Source of the DNA: a virus
Taxonomy: Duplodnaviria; Caudoviricetes
Length of the DNA: 32,971 bases
Strand: one strand, 5' to 3'
Virus record (IMG/VR): IMGVR_UViG_3300031606_000003
Coordinates: 1-32,971 of that record
Part shown: positions 1-5,691 of the stretch, piece after piece
Position numbering within the stretch: the first letter of the stretch is position 1
Layout of the letters: every line of letters starts with the position of its first letter
Made by a program: the position numbers and the translations under genes
Notes under the pieces: model-generated
Databases searched by the model: none
The model's input: only the letters and a program-made list of their open reading frames with translations
Told to the model about the DNA's origin: nothing

Positions 1-135
1 GAATCCGTACAAGCTTGGTTCTTAGATATGGTCGAGCGGGTTACGAAATGACCGACGACGAAAAGCCGAAGCCGAGCAAAGTTGACCGCGTGATTATCTG
101 CGCGCTTTGCGCCGGCTACGGTAAGACGTTCGGCG
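1..135 (+). repeat. Terminal overlap copy 1 (circular assembly)
   Basis: 1-135 equals 32837-32971 except position 9 (A) vs 32845 (T). Confidence 0.97.
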
Positions 136-362
136 TAAGGGAATCTCTCTCTTGCGTCGAGTGCGGCGGGTCGGGTCTTCTGCGGATTGTCGATAGCAAG
201 GTCGTCCGCAAAGTTCCGATGCTCGCCGAGATTAAATATAGTTGGTACGAGTTCGACTATACTGGCGAGCATCGGTCGCGGTCGCTCGAACGCAACGGAG
301 TAATATCTTTCTCCGACATCGAGTTCGACGATGAAGACGGCGACGGTATCTTATGGGAATGA
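48..362 (+). CDS. Hypothetical protein with DnaJ-type CxxCxGxG zinc finger
   Basis: CALCAGYG and CVECGGSG motifs; ATG at 48 forms an ATGA overlap with the stop of the 32690-32887 ORF across the join. Confidence 0.75.
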   Translation: MTDDEKPKPSKVDRVIICALCAGYGKTFGVRESLSCVECGGSGLLRIVDSKVVRKVPMLAEIKYSWYEFDYTGEHRSRSLERNGVISFSDIEFDDEDGDGILWE

Positions 363-844
363 ACACTTCCAAAAAAGAAAAGGTCGTTCGACTCCTAGCA
401 ATCGCGTCGGTGCTTACCGCGTTTATGTTCTTGACGAGTTGCTCTTCGTTATGGTCGACGGCGGGCGCGGGCGTCGGAGCCGGACTCGGTGCGCTTGTCT
501 CTCCGGTCGGCGCGGCGGTCGGCGCAGTCGGTGGCGCGCTCGGTGGTAGCTTGGTCGAAGAAGAAGACCGAAGCGAAGCCGCCGAACAACTCAATCGCGA
601 AGTCGTCGAAAGTTTAATCGCGGCGTCGAGCGACGAAGCGAAGAAACACGCGCTCGACATTGTTGCCGATTCGTCGGCGTCGGTTCTCGACGAAGTGAAA
701 AGCTTCATCGCATCGTTAGCGAAATGGTTGGCCGGTCTTTCCGTCGTTTACTTCATCGGTAAAATATTACTCAACCGTCGACAAGAAGAAGCACTCGTCG
801 AGCGCGTTAAGAACTTGGTCGGCAACGACGACGACAAGCGATGA
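359..844 (+). CDS. Lipoprotein with glycine zipper and C-terminal TM segment
   Basis: Basic N-terminus, hydrophobic core, lipobox LTS-C28; GAGVGAGLG...GAAVGAVGGALG zipper; hydrophobic WLAGLSVVYFIGKILL; ATGA overlap at 359-362. Confidence 0.8.
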   Translation: MNTSKKEKVVRLLAIASVLTAFMFLTSCSSLWSTAGAGVGAGLGALVSPVGAAVGAVGGALGGSLVEEEDRSEAAEQLNREVVESLIAASSDEAKKHALDIVADSSASVLDEVKSFIASLAKWLAGLSVVYFIGKILLNRRQEEALVERVKNLVGNDDDKR

Positions 845-951
845 ACGTTCGTCGGTACTGGGAAACGGCTCGACGCTTGGCGCGGGCAATACCGGTCGCG
901 CTCCGCGACGCCGCGGCGTATCTGCTCGACGTTTTAAGGGGCGTTAGGTAG
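841..951 (+). CDS. 36-aa cationic amphipathic peptide (not in ORF track)
   Basis: MNVRRYWETARRLARAIPVALRDAAAYLLDVLRGVR*; ATGA overlap with the lipoprotein stop. Confidence 0.6.
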   Translation: MNVRRYWETARRLARAIPVALRDAAAYLLDVLRGVR

Positions 952-1117
952 TCGAGCGGGCGGATACGTTGTCCTAAGCGCGTATTAGAGAAATAAAAAT
1001 AATCCCGTTTTGCCTATTGTGCTTACCGCGAAAGACGTCATAATTGTTGGCATGACGAGCATCACTCGACGCTCGCTAACTAACCAACTCTCTCTCTCTC
1101 TAGCACAAAAAACTAAA
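951..1117 (+). promoter_or_regulatory. Promoter-leader cassette copy A
   Basis: ATACG-N12-CGTAT (964-985), A-rich tract, TTGTGC-N16-CATAAT (1017-1044) containing GCTTACCG, ATG at 1052, CGAGC..GCTCG hairpin, (CT)7 at 1088-1101; homologous to 30201-30379 and 10853-10980. Confidence 0.8.
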
Positions 1118-1306
1118 ATGACTACTAACAACGAAATAACTATCGCCTTAACATACGAGCAAATGAAACTAATCGAAGGTTGCCTTCAACAAGAATGGAC
1201 TAGCCTTGTCTACAATGAAAAGGGGTCGAAGCTTGTCGCCGAGATAGCCGACAAGCGATGTCCGAAAATTATGGAAACATTAAAAGTTTTAAGAGAGAAA
1301 ATGTAA
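1118..1306 (+). CDS. Hypothetical protein (62 aa; possible longer form from ATG 1052)
   Basis: A-rich context AAAACTAAAATG; open frame. Confidence 0.7.
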   Translation: MTTNNEITIALTYEQMKLIEGCLQQEWTSLVYNEKGSKLVAEIADKRCPKIMETLKVLREKM

Positions 1307-1319
1307 CACTCGACGCAAC
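1304..1319 (+). repeat. Gene-end linker repeat copy 1
   Basis: TAACACTCGACGCAAC beginning at the stop codon, followed by a hairpin at 1326-1362. Confidence 0.8.
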
Positions 1320-1423
1320 CCAAGACCACGACCGCCGGCGATTCGATTCGCGGCGGTTGCGGCAATGAAAAAGGAACTCTCCTTAATCCGAACTTAAACT
1401 TAAACTCAAAATAAATTAGACCG

Positions 1424-2008
1424 ATGAAAAAAACTCCTGTAACTTTCTATCTCACGCTTGGACAAAAAGAAGCCGCGACTCAACTAATGAGCGACCGCGG
1501 AGCCTACTCGAAATCGAAATCCGAGGGTCGCCGTTACTACCAAATCCGCGACCGCATAGAAATAGCGGACTGGAAAGGTGGCGAAGTAAAAGTGTCAGCG
1601 ATTCAAGCCGACGCATTTTACGACGCGCTAGACTTGGCGGCTCTCGACTGCCATACTATCGGCGCGCCTTTCCGCGTATGGATTAAGATTCGCAAGGCGG
1701 TCGGCTCGGCGATAGGTCGCAAGGCGTCTCGACTCGACGCCGTAGGTCATGCGAAACCTTTGGTCGAGACGATAACTAAAGACGATGTCGCCGATGAAAA
1801 GACGCGCCAACTAATATCGCAGTACGAAACAGCGGAAGCGTTTTTCCAACAAATAATGGGTAGCGACCATGATTTTATCAGCCAAAGCTTTCGCGACTCG
1901 GCCAACGCTTTGTCTTGCGCACTTCGCCGCGAGGTGTTCGCTCAAATCCCCGCGCTTAAAACTGTAAACGTCATTGACGGCGAAGCGGTTTTAATAATCA
2001 AGAACTAA
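1424..2008 (+). CDS. Hypothetical protein; C-terminal domain paralogous to 30380-30616
   Basis: 194-aa ORF; QSFRDSANALSCALRREVFAQIPALK aligns with QSLRTSANDFACKLRRDIFARVPNLR. Confidence 0.8.
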   Translation: MKKTPVTFYLTLGQKEAATQLMSDRGAYSKSKSEGRRYYQIRDRIEIADWKGGEVKVSAIQADAFYDALDLAALDCHTIGAPFRVWIKIRKAVGSAIGRKASRLDAVGHAKPLVETITKDDVADEKTRQLISQYETAEAFFQQIMGSDHDFISQSFRDSANALSCALRREVFAQIPALKTVNVIDGEAVLIIKN

Positions 2009-2023
2009 CTCTCGACGCAACAA
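2004..2023 (+). repeat. Gene-end linker repeat copy 2
   Basis: ACTAACTCTCGACGCAACAA, identical to 2299-2318. Confidence 0.85.
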
Positions 2024-2045
2024 TTCCCAAACATAAATAAAACAA

Positions 2046-2303
2046 ATGTCAAACTTTACTTTCAATTACGACCATAGCGGTCTTGCTCACGAAGTCGCGA
2101 AAGCCTTAGCGTACACCGGCGAAAATATAGATTCGTCCGTTGCGTTTTGGTTAATCGGGGTCGCCGGCAAATCGCTCGAAGAAATCAACGGACACTTCCA
2201 CGACTTGCCGTTCCAAAAAGCGGTCGAAAAACTACTCCCTAGATACGCCTATAGGAAAGGGGCTATGCCTATCAAACTTACTTACGAGCCGGAAGACGAC
2301 TAA
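2046..2303 (+). CDS. Hypothetical protein
   Basis: 85-aa ORF with A-rich start context, between linker repeats. Confidence 0.75.
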   Translation: MSNFTFNYDHSGLAHEVAKALAYTGENIDSSVAFWLIGVAGKSLEEINGHFHDLPFQKAVEKLLPRYAYRKGAMPIKLTYEPEDD

Positions 2304-2318
2304 CTCTCGACGCAACAA
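2299..2318 (+). repeat. Gene-end linker repeat copy 3
   Basis: ACTAACTCTCGACGCAACAA, running into the terminator. Confidence 0.85.
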
Positions 2319-2354
2319 AGACCGTCGCCCTAACCGGCGGCGGTCTTTTTTTTT
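2317..2354 (+). terminator. Intrinsic terminator between convergent operons (possibly bidirectional)
   Basis: AAGACCGTCGCC-loop-GGCGGCGGTCTT followed by a T run. Confidence 0.85.
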
Positions 2355-3441
2355 ACACTTCAATCTCGCCGTCGAAGTTGGTCGCTAGATTATTGACTAA
2401 GTCTTCGCCGGCTCGTTCTTCCGCGCTCCGCTCAATCCAACTCGACAACTCGCCGCTCTCAATCGCGGCCGACTCGAAGCCGCCGCCGTCGGCGATATAT
2501 CCGTTGCGGAATCTGCGGCCGTCCGGCAATTCGTACTCGACGAAGTTCTTCTCCGTCGAAGCGTCGACTGGCGTGGCGAACGTAATCAGCTTCGGAATAT
2601 ACCGGTGGTCGTAACAGCCCGACGCTTGCAACTCGGCGGACAACGAATCAATCTTGCGGTGCGCGCACGACCAACGCGCATCGTCGCCGTCCGTCTCCGG
2701 CGTGGAGTGTAAGCAAGTGCGACAAGTCAAGGTCGGCATCTTCGAGCGGTGGCACGTCTCCGGAAAGTCGCAGAACTTACACTTGTACCAAGACGGGTCG
2801 TCGCTTATTTTCGCCGGCGGATTCGCGGCCGTAATAATCCGTCGCGCTTTTTCTAGCATCTCGTCGGACACGCTCGACTTAAACTTGACGCGCTCGGAAT
2901 ACAGTTCGTCGTTGTCTTTGTTGACCGTCATATAAAACGCCCGCTTCATGCCGGAGAACTTCATATAAACTTGCATCTGCGCGTAGTGTTCGGGCTTCGC
3001 TTTCTCGACGCCGTTTTTTACCAAGGGTCGGAACGCTTTGTTGCCGCTCGTCTTGAACTCCAAAACGTGCCAACTGGTCGGGGCTTCGACAAAGCCTTTT
3101 GCGGCTCCGTCCATGCTCCCGCCGAAGTGTCCGCCTATGTCGGAGAATCTAAATTGTTCGCCGTTAGAACCGACGTCATGCACGACCACGCCGGCCTTGC
3201 GTAGATACTCGACGAGACTTGGCTCTTCGCGATGTCCGCGAGCAAACAGTCGCAGTATCCGACCGGAATGTTCAACGCGCTCGACTCCGCGAAACGAGTA
3301 CCAAAGTTCGCGCTCGCACTCGCGCCCGATTGACGACGCGCCAAGGTGTCCGCGATACGGAGCGGGCGTCGAGTTGTTTTCTTGTTCGAGTATCTCGTCG
3401 ATACGCTCGACGGTTGTTTTCTTTTTAGGTAGTTCGGCCAT
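2353..3441 (-). CDS. Cas4-like PD-(D/E)XK exonuclease (phage recombination)
   Basis: HLGASSIGRECERELWY, GH, GSMDG, LEFKT, QMQVYM, CKFCDFPETC Fe-S type Cys cluster; additional Cys-rich C-terminus. Confidence 0.88.
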   Translation of the reverse strand: MAELPKKKTTVERIDEILEQENNSTPAPYRGHLGASSIGRECERELWYSFRGVERVEHSGRILRLFARGHREEPSLVEYLRKAGVVVHDVGSNGEQFRFSDIGGHFGGSMDGAAKGFVEAPTSWHVLEFKTSGNKAFRPLVKNGVEKAKPEHYAQMQVYMKFSGMKRAFYMTVNKDNDELYSERVKFKSSVSDEMLEKARRIITAANPPAKISDDPSWYKCKFCDFPETCHRSKMPTLTCRTCLHSTPETDGDDARWSCAHRKIDSLSAELQASGCYDHRYIPKLITFATPVDASTEKNFVEYELPDGRRFRNGYIADGGGFESAAIESGELSSWIERSAEERAGEDLVNNLATNFDGEIEV

Positions 3442-3462
3442 GTTATTTATTTTGATTGAGAG

Positions 3463-3494
3463 AAAAAAAGCAGAGCCGGCGAACCGACTCCGCT
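3463..3494 (-). terminator. Intrinsic terminator between SSB and exonuclease genes
   Basis: Minus strand AGCGGAGTCGG-TTCG-CCGGCTCTGCT then T run. Confidence 0.8.
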
Positions 3495-3515
3495 AAAAAA
3501 TAATCCTATGAAAAA

Positions 3516-4004
3516 TTAGAACGGAGTGTCGTTAGACTCGCCGCCGCTCCAAGGTTGCGCCGCCGGTTGCGGCTTGCTTGGAATGCTTCCGTCGGCTCCA
3601 CGCGCCGGCTTATACGACGCGACTTCGTTCGTCGCTTCATACCCGTTACTGGCCGGCCGCGTTTTTAATGCGACGACAAATGGTACGTCGTGAAGTTCCG
3701 CAGAATCATCGACGGATTGTTTGCCGACTGCTCGACATATATCCGCCAAGTCTCGCTCGGCTATCTCGACCGCGGTTGCGTTCGGATTGATTAAATTAAG
3801 TCTCGACCATACGCGGCGGCTTTTATATTCGCCGTCGAGAATCTCGATTGTTAGTTGTAGGTATTTACCCGTTCCGGCTTTCGTCGGCTTCATCTCCGAC
3901 TCGGAAATTATTACGTCGTAATCTCCGTTTGGTAGCGGGTCGTAGTTCGTTGCGGCACTCGCGGGAGCGTCGGCAACATTAAAAGTTCTTTCGAGGTTTC
4001 CCAT
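3516..4004 (-). CDS. DUF669-type single-stranded DNA-binding protein
   Basis: YDPLPNGDYDVII..SEMKPTKAGTGKYLQLTIEILDGEY; acidic tail ending DTPF; TAATG coupling places the start at 4004. Confidence 0.85.
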   Translation of the reverse strand: MGNLERTFNVADAPASAATNYDPLPNGDYDVIISESEMKPTKAGTGKYLQLTIEILDGEYKSRRVWSRLNLINPNATAVEIAERDLADICRAVGKQSVDDSAELHDVPFVVALKTRPASNGYEATNEVASYKPARGADGSIPSKPQPAAQPWSGGESNDTPF

Positions 4005-4789
4005 TAGTTTACTTTCGTTTTTGAGTTTATGGAAGTGCCGTCGCTTAATGCTTCGGCGATTGAGTTCGCGAGAGTCGACCACTTAAGCGGCATCGTCTCC
4101 GGTATGTCGTAACGACTCTTCGCTAAGTGCGTCGGTCGTTCTGTCGTATGAAGCAATCGTTCGCCCGACCCGACTGCGCGAGTGCGCTTCTGTCCGAATC
4201 CGGTGTCGCTTTCTTTCGTATGAACTTTATAGTTCGCGAAGCCGAGAACGTCCGCCCACTCTTGGAACATCGCGCTCGACGCTTTGTGCATCTTGGGTTG
4301 ATAGCGGTCATACGGTTCGGAATCCGGCGCGTCGAATCTTTTAACTTCGCAATGCGCGGTAAGCACGACGGTCATGTTGCGGTCGTTTCTTAGCGCGTTG
4401 AAGCCGTCGATTATCTGTCGCCAATAGTCGAGAGCGATAACGTACCCTTTGCCATAGCCAAAGTCTTCGATGTTCTCTTTGCCATGTAGCTTAGAAGTAT
4501 GACTCCAAACTAAAGGCTCGCACCAATCGAGCGAGTCGAGTACAACGGTGTCGAAGTCGTGGTCTTCTTTATATAAAGTTCGCAACGCTTCAATGACATC
4601 GTCGAAAGTTTTAGCAACTGGAAACGCGCTCGACTTAATGCCGGCAAGACCGTCTTCGGTGCGAATGAAAATCGGGTTCTTTGCTTCCGACGCGAACGTC
4701 GACTTACCGATACCATGAACACCATACAAAAGGATTCGCGGCGGCGCGGGTGTTCCGGTCTTGGCGATTGAGTTTAGGTCGATACTCAT
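4004..4789 (-). CDS. Sak4-like AAA_24 ATPase (single-strand annealing)
   Basis: Walker A GVHGIGKST, Walker B VVLDSLDW, LTAH, AKSRY; adjacent to SSB and exonuclease. Confidence 0.88.
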   Translation of the reverse strand: MSIDLNSIAKTGTPAPPRILLYGVHGIGKSTFASEAKNPIFIRTEDGLAGIKSSAFPVAKTFDDVIEALRTLYKEDHDFDTVVLDSLDWCEPLVWSHTSKLHGKENIEDFGYGKGYVIALDYWRQIIDGFNALRNDRNMTVVLTAHCEVKRFDAPDSEPYDRYQPKMHKASSAMFQEWADVLGFANYKVHTKESDTGFGQKRTRAVGSGERLLHTTERPTHLAKSRYDIPETMPLKWSTLANSIAEALSDGTSINSKTKVN

Positions 4790-5244
4790 ACGTTCAACTC
4801 CGAAATCTTGACCGCGACTTTTGCCGGTCGAGTTGTAATCGCTTCGAGCAATTCGTCGGCGTAAGGTAGTGCTATCTTCGCGCCTTTGCCACCAAGGCCA
4901 CTAAGCATATCGAGCAACGCTTTAAGTTTCGTCGCGTTGACTCCGTACTTGACTGGCAATAAGTCGAAGACTTCTCGGCCATACTTTTCGCGAAGTCGTT
5001 CCGCCGAAGCTTGGTCGACCGAGCGAGTCATTTTCGCGGTGGTTGTAATTTTGTAGTTCATCGACTCGACGGTCGAAGAGCCTTCGGATTTTACGCCGAT
5101 GATTGAGATTAACTTTTCTTCGAGTTCTATTCGATTCGCTTTTGCCATAGTCTCGCGAGACTTTGCGGCGATAAGTTGTTGGGAAAGAAGAGCGAATTGT
5201 TGTTGTTCGTCTTCGGTAAATGTTTGAGTATTGGTACTCGTCAT
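4786..5244 (-). CDS. Coiled-coil recombination-module protein (Gam/Gp157-like position)
   Basis: N-terminal coiled coil, ITTRPAKVAVKI C-terminal strand; typical position upstream of AAA_24; family not certain. Confidence 0.6.
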   Translation of the reverse strand: MTSTNTQTFTEDEQQQFALLSQQLIAAKSRETMAKANRIELEEKLISIIGVKSEGSSTVESMNYKITTTAKMTRSVDQASAERLREKYGREVFDLLPVKYGVNATKLKALLDMLSGLGGKGAKIALPYADELLEAITTRPAKVAVKISELNV

Positions 5245-5306
5245 GTTGTTACGTTTAGTTCGTGAAATTAAAAGCCGAGAGCGCAATGCTTCGACGTGGA
5301 AAGTGA

Positions 5307-5335
5307 AGTATGGGTTCGCCGATATTGAAAGTCAA
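5307..5335 (-). promoter_or_regulatory. Leftward sigma70-type promoter
   Basis: Minus strand TTGACT-N17-CATACT. Confidence 0.7.
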
Positions 5336-5350
5336 GCGCGTACCGCTTGA
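5332..5350. promoter_or_regulatory. Palindromic operator candidate overlapping both -35 boxes
   Basis: TCAAGCG-N5-CGCTTGA. Confidence 0.55.
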
Positions 5351-5376
5351 TTTTATATATTCTAATTTGCTAAGAT
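5347..5376 (+). promoter_or_regulatory. Rightward sigma70-type promoter
   Basis: TTGATT-N18-TAAGAT with a TGn extension. Confidence 0.6.
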
Positions 5377-5421
5377 ACTCGTCGCGGCAACTGGCCGCAT
5401 AAAACAAAAACAATCCTTACC

Positions 5422-5691
5422 ATGAAAGATAATAAAACTAATCTCGACATCGAGCGGGCGCGCTTGTTCTTACAACACCATAAGAAGTATATGGATATTC
5501 ACGACGCGACTGGACTCGGTTACTTTTGGCTCCAACGATTCGCGACCGGAAAGATTAAAGACCCGCGAGCGTCTTTACTTTCTCGACTACTAACATACAT
5601 CGACGAGCAAGCGGTCGTTCTCCCCGAATGGTTTACCGACTTGGGCGACATCGAGTTCCCTAGTATTAGAAAGACGGAGTCGGACGAATGA
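5422..5691 (+). CDS. Cro/XRE-like helix-turn-helix regulator
   Basis: IHDATGLGYFWLQRFATGKIKDPRASLLSRL fits the XRE HTH pattern; first gene of the rightward operon. Confidence 0.75.
   Translation: MKDNKTNLDIERARLFLQHHKKYMDIHDATGLGYFWLQRFATGKIKDPRASLLSRLLTYIDEQAVVLPEWFTDLGDIEFPSIRKTESDE

Noticed and set aside
1304-1365. Twister or hammerhead ribozyme
   Set aside because: TAACAC resembles a twister start but the remaining core is missing; no CTGANGA core seen on either strand.
1304-2354. Linker repeats as integron attC sites or a CRISPR array
   Set aside because: No consistent GTTRRRY end or L boxes, no integrase; the spacers are whole genes of variable length.
2353-3441. Cas4-like gene as part of a CRISPR-Cas locus
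   Set aside because: No array or other cas genes; context is the standard phage SSB/Sak4/exonuclease module.
4005-4082. N-terminal extensions given by the ORF track (also 15, 1010, 5286, 8839, 19124, 19750, 30421, 31543)
   Set aside because: They overlap upstream genes or promoters; downstream ATGs have coupling overlaps or the typical A-rich context.
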